Shown: positions 18,553 to 29,400 of the stretch, piece after piece
How positions within the stretch are numbered: the first letter of the stretch is position 1
How the letters are laid out: every line of letters begins with the position of its first letter
Source: an uncultured Verrucomicrobiae bacterium
GTDB taxonomy: Bacteria; Verrucomicrobiota; Verrucomicrobiia; Verrucomicrobiales; Akkermansiaceae
Length of the DNA: 64,000 bases
Reading direction: 5' to 3'
NCBI GenBank assembly: GCA_963793435.1
Contig: CAWCAA010000002.1
Coordinates: 151,813-215,812 of the forward strand
Made by a program: the position numbers and the translations under genes
Notes under the pieces: generated by a model
The model's input: the letters and a program-made list of their open reading frames with translations, nothing else
Database searches by the model: none
Told to the model about the DNA's origin: nothing

Positions 18553-19749
18553 ATGGAAGGTTTCACCATGCTCTTCGCGATCGCCGCTCTCGCGGTTGTC
18601 GCGCTTTTCACCCGGCGTCTCAACCGCTCCCCGGTCACCCTCCCCATGATCTGCGTGGTCCTGGGAGGCGCGCTTTATCTGGCCGACGGGGTTCCCGGGA
18701 AACTGATGTCGGAAGAGGTGATAATCCTCGCGGAGGTGGCTCTTGCGATCGTGCTTTTCACGGATGCGGCGCATCTGAAAATCGCCCGGCTGAACGAGCG
18801 GAAATCATGGCCCGCGCGGCTGTTGTTTCTCGGCATGCCCCTGTCGCTGGGAATCGGGATCCTGATTTTCATCCCGCTTTTCCCCGGTCTTCCGTTCTGG
18901 CAGGTATCCCTGATCGCAGCCCTGCTGGTGCCGACGGATGCCGCCCTCGGGCAATCGCTAGCAATGAACAAAAAAATTCCCGCGCACATCCGGGATACCC
19001 TGACGGCGGAGAGCGGGCTGAACGACGGGCTTGCGCTCCCGTTCATCATTTTCCTCGCCTGCGCTGCCGTCGGGTTCAACCACGAGCTTGCCCCGGAAAA
19101 CTGGTATGCCTTCGCCGGGAAACAGATCGGGTTCGGCCTCGGGATGGGTGTCGTTCTCGGCTCCATTGGCGGTATCGCCTCGCAGTGGTCGGTGCAGAAA
19201 GGATACGCGGTGGGGGAAAACACGGCCGTCTTCGCCCTCGCTCTCGTGGGGGCCACGTATTTCGCGGCGGATGCGGTGGGGGGGAACAGTTTCGTCGCCG
19301 TCTTCGCTTCCGGTCTGTGCTTCGGGCGGTTCGCCACCCATTGTGCCGACCGCGCCAAGGAATTTCTCGAAACCGACGGCGTCCTCCTGATGATGGTCAC
19401 CTTCTTTTTCATCGGCGCGCTCATGCTTCCGGAAGGGCTGGCGGGGGCGGATTGGAAAATCATTCTGGCCGTCGCGCTCTCGCTGTTTCTCATCCGGCCG
19501 CTCGCCGTCTATATATCCATGGCCGGCACGGAGACATCGCCGAGGGCGCGGCTGTTTCTCGGATGGTTCGGGCCACGGGGCCTGGCAACGGCCCTCTTCA
19601 CCCTGTTGGTTCTCGGGGAGTTCGGAGAGAAACTAGAGGGGGATACCATCCTTTCGGTAGCCATGGTCGCCTTCGCGGCCTCCACGCTCCTGCACGGAAT
19701 CACCGCCCACTACGCGGCGGGTCTGTGGGGTGACGGGGGGGATGTCTGA
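18553..19749 (+). CDS. Cation:proton antiporter (Na+/H+ exchanger, CPA1-like)
   Basis: About 11 TM helices. Contains LLVPTDAALG and ESGLNDGLALPF motifs. The start is trimmed to MEGFTMLFAIAAL. Confidence 0.8.
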   Translation: MEGFTMLFAIAALAVVALFTRRLNRSPVTLPMICVVLGGALYLADGVPGKLMSEEVIILAEVALAIVLFTDAAHLKIARLNERKSWPARLLFLGMPLSLGIGILIFIPLFPGLPFWQVSLIAALLVPTDAALGQSLAMNKKIPAHIRDTLTAESGLNDGLALPFIIFLACAAVGFNHELAPENWYAFAGKQIGFGLGMGVVLGSIGGIASQWSVQKGYAVGENTAVFALALVGATYFAADAVGGNSFVAVFASGLCFGRFATHCADRAKEFLETDGVLLMMVTFFFIGALMLPEGLAGADWKIILAVALSLFLIRPLAVYISMAGTETSPRARLFLGWFGPRGLATALFTLLVLGEFGEKLEGDTILSVAMVAFAASTLLHGITAHYAAGLWGDGGDV

Positions 19750-19832
19750 AGGGTTGGCGGGGGGGCTTTAACAACGTTTTCCAGGAAAATTCTAAGTTTC
19801 CTCCTGTCCAAGTGTCCCTATGGTATAGAGAC

Positions 19833-22800
19833 ATGAAAGCCGCTTTCCTTTACTTTTTCCTCGCCCTGATGATCCCCCTTTCCGCCGCCGAACCTGAGCC
19901 GATGCGCAAACAGGCGGAGAAACTTGAGAAGCAGGGAAACTGGCGGGAGGCTTACGACCTTCGCGTGAAATTGCTCCGCGAGGTGGATGATGCGGAATCG
20001 GCGGACGATCTGAACAAAGCCATCAGTTCCCAGCGACGCCTGCAGGAAGACGAAAACTTCGACGGGCTGCTGGCTGAACTCACGGAAACGAAGAAGGGGA
20101 ATGCAGTCTTCATGAAGGCGGCGGGTTACGCGTTTCTCCACACGAACCACTACGGGCGCATGCAGGACAACGAATTCCAGCGTGGCAACAAGGGCACGGG
20201 AGATTACCGGAACGTTCAGGAACAGGACAGGCTGCGTGCCCTCCAGTGTTTCATGCAGGCGTGGGAGGTTGTGGAAAAAGGCGGGAAAGAAGAGGCGTTC
20301 GTCATCGAGGCGCTTGGCCACGCCTTGCTTCAGAACCGCACCGGAAGCGGAAATCTTTGGCAGCTCTACCTTCTGACGGATCTCAACACCGTCCCGGATT
20401 TCACGGAACAGATCGACACGATCACCAGCGAAGGTGCACCCGCCGGGAACGATGGTGAACCGGTCTATCTCGATGTTCCGGAATCTTGGGAAGCCGCGAA
20501 ATCCGATGGCGAGCGCTGGCGCTGGACGAGCCGGGAAATCACCCGTCTCAATCCGGATCAAGCACTCCAGGAAAAACTCGAATGGTGGCAATTTTGCCAA
20601 AACCACTACGGGGTCAACACCCTCGCCTCCTACGGCTGGTGGAACCAACCCGAAGTCAAGGAACGCGACGGAATCCTCCAAGCATCGACATTGCAGGAAA
20701 CGGAAACCATCGCCCGCCTCGCCAACGGGGTGAAGCGTTTCACCCTGCGCGAGGGCTACCAGTTCATCCCCGGCCTGCGCGAACTCATGCGCGCCGGAAA
20801 AGGATCGCCCTCATGGCAGGCGGGGGATCAGCTCGTGCAGGTTTTCATGAACCGCAGCCAGCTCCCCGCCGCTGCGGAGACTCTCGAAGAAGTCATACGT
20901 CTCCATGGAAAAGGCGGCAACGACCAGCGGCCCAACCTTCTCAAACAGATCCGAGGAAACTGGAGCCGCTTCGAAGCGACCTCCACCTACTACGCAGCGG
21001 AGCCGGTCGAAGTCCCTTTCACATTCCGCAACGCAAGGGAGGTGAAGCTCACCCTCACCGAGGTGAAGGAGGATCTGGTAATGCGGGACATCATTTCCTA
21101 TCTGGAGAAAAATCCCACCGAGATCGATTACAACCGCGCCAGCTTCGGAAGCCTCGGCAACCGCCTTCTGGATGGCAACCGCCAGCGGTATTTCGGCGAC
21201 GAGCTGCGCGCGTGGACGCAGGAACTCGAACCCGCCGAAGGCCACGAAAACACCTCCGCCAATCTCGATCTCGGCAAGCTCGCGCCGGGCTGCTACGTCC
21301 TGAAATCCACCCTCGAAGATGGCAATACCTCATGGGTCGTCGTCTGGGTGCGGGATCTTGTTTTGCTGAAACGTTCGGAAAACGGCAGGGAGGTTTTTTA
21401 CCTCGTCGATGCCAAGGCGGGGCAGCCCGTGGCCGGTGAACTCGAGTTCTTCGGCTACCGCGCGGACTATCTCGAAAAGCCTCGCGGCAAACGCCGCTTC
21501 GATATCACCACCGACCACTTCACCCGCAAGACTGGTGAAAACGGCAGGCTGGTTCTCGATGAGAAAAACGACAGATGGGACAATAACCGCTGGCATGTGA
21601 TCGCAAAGGCAGGTGAACGCCGTGCCTATCTCTCGGACAGGAATTTCCGCTGGTATGATCCCGGCGACCGCACCGATTACATCGCGCAAAAAACCATAGG
21701 GATCACCGACAGGCCCGTCTATAGACCCGGCCAAACCGTCCACCTCAAGCTCTGGGCCGGCGAGTCCCGCTATGACCTCGGCGATGTCTCCTCCTACGCG
21801 GGAAAATCCGCGAACGTGGAGATACGCGACGGTCGGAATGAAGTCGTTTTCGAAAAAGACGGACTCACCGCCGATGACTTCGGGGGCATCACTTTTGACT
21901 TCGAACTCGGCGAAGAAGCTGCTCTCGGAAACTATAACGTGATTGTCCGGGGGCAGGTTCCCAATTCCAACATCAACTTCCGCGTGGAGGAATACAAGAA
22001 GCCGGAATACGAGGTGAAAGTGGAAGCACCCGACGAACCCGTCGCGCTCGGCGAGGCATTCACCGCCACCGTTACGGCGAACTATTTCCACGGCGCACCC
22101 GTCACCGAAGCCACCGTAAAAATCAAGGTAGAGCGGAACTTTTTCAACGACAGATGGTTCCCCGCCGGTGAGTGGGATTGGCTCTACGGTCCCGGCTACT
22201 GGTGGTTCTACCCCGAGTATCCGTGGTATCCCGGTTGGAGGAGTTGGGGCTGCATCCGCCCCGCCCCGCCATGGTGGCAGCACAACCGCACGGGCGCTCC
22301 CGAGCTGGTTCTTGAGCAGACATCGGCCATCGGCCCTGACGGAACAGTGGAGGTGAAAATCGACAGCGCCATCGCCAAGCTCGTCCACGGCGATCAGGAT
22401 CACCGTTACTCAATTACTGCGGAAGTAGTAGATGCTTCCCGCCGCACCATCGTCGGCAACGGTTCAGTCCTCGCCGCCCGCGAGCCGTTCGATGTCACCG
22501 TCTGGCTGGATCGTGGCTATGCGAATGTCGGCGACAAGATCACCGGCACCTTCGCCGCCCGCACGCTCGATGGGAAAAAAGTAGAAGGCGAAGCCACCGC
22601 CGTACTCTACTCAACCAGCCTCGATGCGGACGGGGAAATCGTGGAAAAGGAAGTCGGCAAATGGACTCCCGAAGGAAAAAACTGGACTTTCACCGCCTCG
22701 AAAGCCGGGCAATACCGCGTCGCCGTCGCTTTCACGGACAAGAAAGGCCGCAAGCAGGAAGGCGCGACCGTCTTCTCCGTGCGTGGCGCGGATGCCGAAG

Positions 22801-25800
22801 GCGATTTCCGCTACAACGCCCTCGAACTCATCCCCGATAAAAAGGAATACCGCCCCGGAGATTCCGTGAAACTCCTGGTCAACGTGGACAAGCCGGACTC
22901 CCGCGTCTGGCTTTTCATCCGCCCCTCCCAGGGCAAGGCCGGTGAAACGAAAATCATCAAAATCGAAGGCCAATCGCAGCTCGTGGAAATCCCGGTATCT
23001 GTCCGCGACATGCCGAACTTTTTTATCGAAGGCGTCACCGTCGCCGATGGGGAAATCCACACCGTCACCCGCGAGATCGTCCTGCCTCCAGAGAAACGCA
23101 AGCTCACTGTCGAAGTCTCGCCTGCAAAGGACAAGCTCAAGCCCCGCGAGAAAACTTCGCTCACCGTAAAAATCACCGATTCGGATGGAAAACCCTACCA
23201 AGGTTCCGCCGCGATTTCGGTCTTTGACAAATCCCTCGAATACATCTCCGGCGGCTCCAACGTCGCGGCCATCGTGCCGTTTTTCTGGGATTGGAAACGA
23301 AATTGGTATGGCCGGGGAATGGAGCATTCCCAAAACCTCATGGGAACCCACCTCCAAATGCCGAAAACCACCTTCATGCAGCAGCTCGGTATTTTTGGAA
23401 ACATGGTTCAGAGCAGGAGAGAAGGAGCGGTAGGAGGAGCCTTCGGAGCGGTGTCGGGACACATGATGAGAAGATCCATGGCCGCACCAATGGCTGCCGC
23501 CGCTCCCATGGAGGGAGCAGCAATGGATGACGCTTTCGCTGACACCCGGCAGGAAGGCAAAAGGAAAAGCGACGCGGGTCAACAAGCCGAAGCCGCCCCC
23601 GAGCTCCTCGTCCGTTCCGAGTTCGCAGATCTCTTGAAATGGGTTGGCTCCGTTGAAACCGATGAAAAAGGCGAGGCCACCATTGACCTGGAAATGCCCG
23701 ACAACCTCACCACTTGGAAAATCAAAACCTGGGCCATGGGTCGCGGCACTCGCGTCGGCGAAGGCTCTGCGGAAATCGTCACCAGCAAGGATCTCATCAT
23801 CCGCCTCCAGGCACCGCGTTTCTTCGTGGAGAAAGACGAAGTCACTCTCAGCGCAATCGTCCACAACTACCACGAGGAAGCGAAGGACGTGACAGTTTCT
23901 CTGGAACTCGATGGCAAGAATCTCGAATCCACAGGCGACCTCGAACGCCGCGTCGCCATCCCATCAAAAGGGGAAAGCCGTATCGACTGGAATACGAAAG
24001 CCGTTTCTGAAGGAGAAATCACCATCCGCATGAAGGCCATCGCCGCCGATGATTCGGATGCCATGGAGATGAAATTCCCCGTCTTCGTCCACGGCATGTT
24101 GAAAACGGAATCCTACAGCCGCGCCATCGCCCCGGAAGGCGACTCCGCGACCATTGAATTTTCCATCCCGGAAGAACGCCGCCCTGCCGAGAGCAAGCTC
24201 ACCATCAACTATTCTCCCAGCGTCGCCAGCGCGATGGTCGATGCGCTTCCCTATCTCGCCAGCTACCCCTACGGCTGCACCGAGCAAACGCTGAACCGCT
24301 TCGTCCCCACCACCGTCGTCCACCACATCCTGAAAGACCTCGGCCACGACCTCGCCGCCATCAAGGACAAGAAGGTCAACCTCAACCCGCAACAGCTCGG
24401 CAACCCCAAGGAACGCGCCGCACAATGGCAACCCGACCACCCGCACTGGAACCCAGTCTGGGACGAGGCCGAGGTCGCGAAGATGGAACGCGCCGGAATC
24501 GCAAAACTCCGCGAGCAACAGAATCCTGACGGAGGCTGGGGATGGTTCTCCGCCTTCGGCCACACCTCCTACGCACATACTACATCCGTAGTAATGCACG
24601 GCCTCCTTCTCGCCAGGGAAAATGGAGCGAACGTCCCCGACGACATGATCGCGCGCGGCCTCGCATGGCTTGCCAAGCATGAGGAGAAAGAAGCCGACAA
24701 AATCGCCCATTGGGAAAAGCGGAAGAAAAACACAAAACCCAAAGCCGATGCCACCGACGCCCTCGTCCGCCGTGTCCTCGGCGAAGGAGGCAAGAACCAC
24801 CCCCAAATGCTGGCCTTCCTTTTCCGCGACAAAAACGACCTCCCCGTCTATGCAAAAGCCCTCACCGGCCTGGAATTTCATCGCACGAAAGACATCGGCA
24901 AACGCGACGAGATCATCCGCAACATCCGCCAGTTTCTCAAAACCGATGAAGAGAACCAGACCGCCTACCTCGACCTCGGAAACCGTGGTTACTGGTGGTA
25001 TTGGTACGGCAGCGAGTTCGAAGCCCAGGCATGGTTCCTGAAACTTCTCGCCGCCGCCGAACCTGAAAGTGCAGATGCGAGAGGCTTGGTGAAATACCTG
25101 ATCAACAACCGCAGCCACGGCACCTACTGGAACTCCACCCGCGACACCGCGTATTGCCTGGAGGCCATCGGCGATTATTTGCAAGCCACCAAAGAAGGAG
25201 AACCCAACCTCACCGTCGAAGTCCTCTACGATGGGAAAGTCCTGAAAACCGTCGAAATCACGAAAGACAATCTCTTCACCTTCGACAGCACCACTATCGT
25301 CGCGGGCGACATTCTCACCAGCGGAAAACACACCGTGGAGCTACGCAAAAAAGGAGACGGGCCGCTCTACTCGAACGCATACGTCGAGTATTTCACCTTG
25401 GAGGATTTCATCACAAAAGCAGGGCTGGAAGTGAAAGTGGATCGCACGTTTTACAAGCTCGTCCCCGAAACAAAAACCATCGATGCCGTCGATTCCAAAG
25501 GCCAGGCCATCGATCAGAAACGCGCGAAATACAAACGCGTCCCCCTCGAGTCCGGCGACGAAGTGAAGTCCGGCGACCTCATCGAGGTCGAACTCGGAAT
25601 CGACAGCAAAAACGACTACGAATACCTCGTCTTCGAGGACTGGAAAGCCGCGGGTATGGAGGCTGTCGAAGTCCGCTCCGGTTACAATTCCAACGGCCTC
25701 GGCGCCTACATGGAACTGCGCGATGAAAAGGTTTCCCTCTTCGTCCAGAACCTCCCTCGCGGCCGCCACAACCTCAGCTACCGCCTCCGCGCTGAGATCC

Positions 25801-25898
25801 CCGGAAAATTCAGCGCACTTCCTACCCGCGCGGAGGCAATGTATGCCCCGGAATTGCGCGCCAACAGCGACGAGCTGAAAATCTCCATCACCGACTAG
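19833..25898 (+). CDS. Alpha-2-macroglobulin family protein with intact thioester, ~2020 aa
   Basis: Signal peptide MKAAFLYFFLALMIPLSAAEP. Thioester GCTEQ (CTEQ codons 24276-24287). Met/Ala-rich bait-like segment at ~23376-23610, followed by the conserved SEFADLLKWVGSVETDEKGEA...PDNLTTWKIKTWAM block. Confidence 0.9.
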   Translation: MKAAFLYFFLALMIPLSAAEPEPMRKQAEKLEKQGNWREAYDLRVKLLREVDDAESADDLNKAISSQRRLQEDENFDGLLAELTETKKGNAVFMKAAGYAFLHTNHYGRMQDNEFQRGNKGTGDYRNVQEQDRLRALQCFMQAWEVVEKGGKEEAFVIEALGHALLQNRTGSGNLWQLYLLTDLNTVPDFTEQIDTITSEGAPAGNDGEPVYLDVPESWEAAKSDGERWRWTSREITRLNPDQALQEKLEWWQFCQNHYGVNTLASYGWWNQPEVKERDGILQASTLQETETIARLANGVKRFTLREGYQFIPGLRELMRAGKGSPSWQAGDQLVQVFMNRSQLPAAAETLEEVIRLHGKGGNDQRPNLLKQIRGNWSRFEATSTYYAAEPVEVPFTFRNAREVKLTLTEVKEDLVMRDIISYLEKNPTEIDYNRASFGSLGNRLLDGNRQRYFGDELRAWTQELEPAEGHENTSANLDLGKLAPGCYVLKSTLEDGNTSWVVVWVRDLVLLKRSENGREVFYLVDAKAGQPVAGELEFFGYRADYLEKPRGKRRFDITTDHFTRKTGENGRLVLDEKNDRWDNNRWHVIAKAGERRAYLSDRNFRWYDPGDRTDYIAQKTIGITDRPVYRPGQTVHLKLWAGESRYDLGDVSSYAGKSANVEIRDGRNEVVFEKDGLTADDFGGITFDFELGEEAALGNYNVIVRGQVPNSNINFRVEEYKKPEYEVKVEAPDEPVALGEAFTATVTANYFHGAPVTEATVKIKVERNFFNDRWFPAGEWDWLYGPGYWWFYPEYPWYPGWRSWGCIRPAPPWWQHNRTGAPELVLEQTSAIGPDGTVEVKIDSAIAKLVHGDQDHRYSITAEVVDASRRTIVGNGSVLAAREPFDVTVWLDRGYANVGDKITGTFAARTLDGKKVEGEATAVLYSTSLDADGEIVEKEVGKWTPEGKNWTFTASKAGQYRVAVAFTDKKGRKQEGATVFSVRGADAEGDFRYNALELIPDKKEYRPGDSVKLLVNVDKPDSRVWLFIRPSQGKAGETKIIKIEGQSQLVEIPVSVRDMPNFFIEGVTVADGEIHTVTREIVLPPEKRKLTVEVSPAKDKLKPREKTSLTVKITDSDGKPYQGSAAISVFDKSLEYISGGSNVAAIVPFFWDWKRNWYGRGMEHSQNLMGTHLQMPKTTFMQQLGIFGNMVQSRREGAVGGAFGAVSGHMMRRSMAAPMAAAAPMEGAAMDDAFADTRQEGKRKSDAGQQAEAAPELLVRSEFADLLKWVGSVETDEKGEATIDLEMPDNLTTWKIKTWAMGRGTRVGEGSAEIVTSKDLIIRLQAPRFFVEKDEVTLSAIVHNYHEEAKDVTVSLELDGKNLESTGDLERRVAIPSKGESRIDWNTKAVSEGEITIRMKAIAADDSDAMEMKFPVFVHGMLKTESYSRAIAPEGDSATIEFSIPEERRPAESKLTINYSPSVASAMVDALPYLASYPYGCTEQTLNRFVPTTVVHHILKDLGHDLAAIKDKKVNLNPQQLGNPKERAAQWQPDHPHWNPVWDEAEVAKMERAGIAKLREQQNPDGGWGWFSAFGHTSYAHTTSVVMHGLLLARENGANVPDDMIARGLAWLAKHEEKEADKIAHWEKRKKNTKPKADATDALVRRVLGEGGKNHPQMLAFLFRDKNDLPVYAKALTGLEFHRTKDIGKRDEIIRNIRQFLKTDEENQTAYLDLGNRGYWWYWYGSEFEAQAWFLKLLAAAEPESADARGLVKYLINNRSHGTYWNSTRDTAYCLEAIGDYLQATKEGEPNLTVEVLYDGKVLKTVEITKDNLFTFDSTTIVAGDILTSGKHTVELRKKGDGPLYSNAYVEYFTLEDFITKAGLEVKVDRTFYKLVPETKTIDAVDSKGQAIDQKRAKYKRVPLESGDEVKSGDLIEVELGIDSKNDYEYLVFEDWKAAGMEAVEVRSGYNSNGLGAYMELRDEKVSLFVQNLPRGRHNLSYRLRAEIPGKFSALPTRAEAMYAPELRANSDELKISITD

Positions 25899-26064
25899 AT
25901 TGTATCGCGTTGCAAAATCATATGAAGCCGGAGTGCAAACTGCATCCATGATGCTTCGGATCAGATGGAAGATGTTCTCATTTTCCCTTAAAATGTAAGG
26001 AAAGATGCCGTCTGAATTCGGTGGATCAGGATTTGCTAATGGATCCGGGTATCCAACAAACACC

Positions 26065-26247
26065 ATGATCAAGACAACCATCCAACTCCTCGCCGCAACT
26101 GTCGGCGTCCTCGCCTTAGCAAGCTGCACCGTGAACGTTGACCCTGCCGATGGCTCCGCCTCGACAACAACGACTACGACAACCGATAACCCGTATGTCC
26201 TGGGTGACCGGACGACCACCCGCAAAACCACGACCTACGATTACTAA
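26065..26247 (+). CDS. Small lipoprotein (60 aa) with a poly-Thr tract
   Basis: MIKTTIQLLAATVGVLALASC lipobox, then STTTTTTTD. Followed by a strong terminator. Confidence 0.55.
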   Translation: MIKTTIQLLAATVGVLALASCTVNVDPADGSASTTTTTTTDNPYVLGDRTTTRKTTTYDY

Positions 26248-26270
26248 AGGGATTTCATTTGCGTCGGAAC

Positions 26271-26310
26271 AGCCGGAGATCCCCGTCGGATCTCCGGCTT
26301 CTTGTTTTCT
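26271..26310 (+). terminator. Rho-independent terminator
   Basis: 12-bp stem agccggagatcc / ggatctccggct with a 5-nt loop, followed by tcttgttttct. Confidence 0.65.
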
Positions 26311-26322
26311 CAAATACAGGAG

Positions 26323-26481
26323 AAGTGGCAGACCGGTGACTTTCGGCAGCCTGCTGCCGCTTTCCGTCACGCAGCCTGCTGCTACGGGGCAAACCGGGAA
26401 TGTACTTGCAGGGTAGAAGAGACACGCCGCCTGAAGGCAGCGCTCCGTGCTGGTTCTGTCGGCTCGCAGCAGGCTGCACGC
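26323..26481. repeat. Decayed copy of the REP-like compound palindrome (same family as 62231-62370 and 63046-63184)
   Basis: Shares gaccggtgact.tcggcagcctgctgccgctttccgt.a..cagcctgctg...ggggcaaac.cggga...ggctcgcagcaggctgca with the other copies. Carries a ~60-nt insertion and lacks the distal outer arm. Ends 10 nt from the stop codon at 26492. Confidence 0.7.
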
Positions 26482-26491
26482 ATTTCAGGGT

Positions 26492-29400
26492 CTATTCCAG
26501 GACGTGACTGATGCGGATTACGCCCTGGACTTCGGTTGCGGTGATTCCCTGTCCCCCGTGCGTCCATGTCACGCGGCTTTCGTCGTAGGCTTCCTTCGCG
26601 ATTTTTTTTGATGTTGGATCGCCGTATTTCCCGGTGAGGGTTTTCACGATTTCGCCGAATTCGGAACCCTGTTTCAGCGTAAACAGGATCTCCCGCATCC
26701 GCCCTTCCTTGAAGACGATTTCCGCCTGCACGGGTGCTTCAAAAATTCCTTTCAGCTCGGGAAGTTCGATGCGTTTTCCTTCCACGGCGTTCGCCGAAGG
26801 ATTGTCTTTTTGCAATAGTTCGAGGGATCGGGCGAAGGTGTCCGCCCAGGAAAGGCCGGATACCGGGTTAGCGATTCCGGCGAGGGAGGCCGAGGGCTTT
26901 TCCCCGGTGGACTCTTCCGTTCCGTTTTTCTCCAGTGCGGACATGGCATCGGTTTCTACCTCCCGTTTTCCATCTCTCCGGTCGAAAACGATCTCCGCCA
27001 TCCACGGAGTTTCGCCGCGATGGCGGATGGTGTTTCGGTCGGTGAGCGCGGTTCCGGATGTTTTCCGCATCGCGAAATCATAGGTGTTCCAGCTTCCGGA
27101 AAATCCTTCGGGGAAAGAGAGGGTGTAGGGCACACGATCTGTTAGAACCGGGGCGTGGCCGGGGTTTTTTACGGCCTTCGCCATGTCCGCCGGATTTCCG
27201 GAGACGCTCCAATCGTAATCAAATCCCGTGTTCGCTGAGCTGTGGACGGCGCTGATGAGGGCGCGCTTTGTGGCGTTTTCCCCGAGCAGCGGTTTGCCAT
27301 CGGCGCTGGCCATGCAGAAGGCGATCCACTCTGTGCCGAGGCCGCTGAGGGTGATCCCGCCCTTGAACTGGTAGGATGGAATGGCTGAGCCTATGTAGGC
27401 TTTTGCGCTCGGGCTATCGATGATGAGTGCGCCGTTTTTCCAATCCCAGAGAACGTTCTCTCCGGTGCGGACTGCTTGTTTTGTCTCCGTGACTGCTTCG
27501 CGCGGGTCGCCGCCGGGATTCAGGTAACCGCCGGATGTTTCCGTATCGAATGCGATCCGTGTGCCCCGGCTGAAGGTGAGCGCGGTCATCTCCGTGCTGG
27601 TGAGTCCGTTCCAGTTCCGGTAGCCTTCGGAGCTTTCCTTGCCCATTTGGAAAACGATGGGATCGGGTGCTTCCTCGACCGAGGCGTTCCGATACAACAG
27701 ACCCGCGAGCGCCACGGAGGAGCTCAACGTAGGATCGTGCTCAAGGTGGACTCCCGTCCAGTAATGGCTGGTGGGTGGCTGGGCGGTGCCGACGAGAAGT
27801 TGTTCGGGGGAGGCGGTGCCCATCCAGTTTCCATGCCAGGAGACGACATCGAAATCCTGCCACGCGGAAAGCACTGCCAGCATGTAGGGATACTCGGAGC
27901 GGTAGGGGCTGGGCCGCGAGCGACCGGTCTCATAGACCACAGTGAGCTTGTCCGCCGCCGAGTGGGAATCGAGGAGGTAAACCTTGGGCGGGGTGTTCAG
28001 CGAAGAACCGTTTCCCCAGAAATACATGGCGACGGTGCTGGTGTCCCCGAGCGCGTTCGAATGCAGCCACGGAAGGCTTGGCTTGTATTGGGAGTCGTAG
28101 GAAAAAGGCACCACGGCGGAGCCTGTTCCGGCGGGTGCGAGCGCACGGCAGTGGGCGACGTATTCCCGGTTCTTTGCATCCACGAGATCGATAAGAAATT
28201 CCACCAGATCGTGGCCGCGCTGCTCGGGAAATTTTTTCATCTCGGATCTCGTCGGCGAGAGCGCGAATTTCCCGCCAGCGAGTGATTCGTTGGCTCCCGT
28301 TTTGCCCCAGGCGTTTTTCAGTGCCGCATCGGTCTTGTATTTTGAAAGCAGCCAGGTGCTCCATTTCTTTTCAAGCTTTTCGCGGAAATATTCCGGCCAT
28401 TTGTCGAAGCCGTTTTCCAGCCACCTGACGATGAGGGCGCGCTCGTTGTTGATCTCGATCAGGGCGATGGATTCCTCCTCGGCGTAGCGCGTGCCGGTGT
28501 AGGGGTTGCGATGGTCGAGGACGTTTTTGGCGTGGCGCAGGCGGACTTTCCACAGCCGCTCGTCGATGTAGTCGAAGGAAGGGTTGTCATCCTTTTTTAC
28601 CGCTGCTTTCCATTCCTTCCAATCCTCCCCGCCCGCGATCCAGGAATCGTCCCTGAGCAGGGCTTCGGTCGGCATGCCGCGACCAATGGTGGTGCCGAAC
28701 ATGACAAACAATCCGTTTTCCCGCAGATCCGCCATGAACCTGTCGAAGCGGTCGAGCTTCGAACCATCGCCCTTCACCGCCCCTGCGGCGATGCCTTTCA
28801 CGGCGGATTCCTTGTTGTAGAAATCCTCCTGGAACCACACCCGCACCGCATTGAAACCCAGTGCGCGGAACCTCTCGCCGCTGCCGTCCTTGACCGTGCT
28901 CCACAACCGCAGGGGCTTGTCCCCGTAGTAGAGTTTGCCATCCCGGTGCTGCGCGAAAATTCCCGGCTGCGGGGTAATTCCGTTTTCGAAAAGCACGTGC
29001 TTCGGGTGTGACACCATCTCCAGTTCAGCGGAGGAGTATTTCTCGAAAGACACAACCGTCCCGGGTTCCACCATGGCGATGAGTTCGGCCTCATCTTGCC
29101 CTTCTGCCAGCCACTTCCGTGCAGGCTCCGCCAAATCCAAGGTGATCTCCGCCACTTCCGGAGGCGAGTCCCCGAATTTATGCACCGCGGCCTGTTCCCC
29201 GTTGCTCTCGAAAACGATGCTTTTCCCGGCAAGCGACGGGCCGGCGGGCATCAGCCGCCCGACGACATAGCTCATCGTCTGCCCGCCCTTTCCGCTGCGG
29301 ACTTGCAATGTCCCTCCAAGGGATAGAGTGCAGTCTTCGGAAGCGTAGAAACACAGCGCAGGCGCCCAATCGGAAGCGGCATCCTTGAAGCCGGCCTTGC

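Noticed and set aside
20486-25331. Several 300-450-aa ORFs inside or opposite the alpha-2-macroglobulin gene (20486-21439 +, 21330-22403 -, 22611-23873 -, 23964-25331 -).
   Set aside because: They are alternative-frame or antisense shadows of a 6-kb gene whose own frame has conserved A2M motifs. The compositions are R/G/P-rich.
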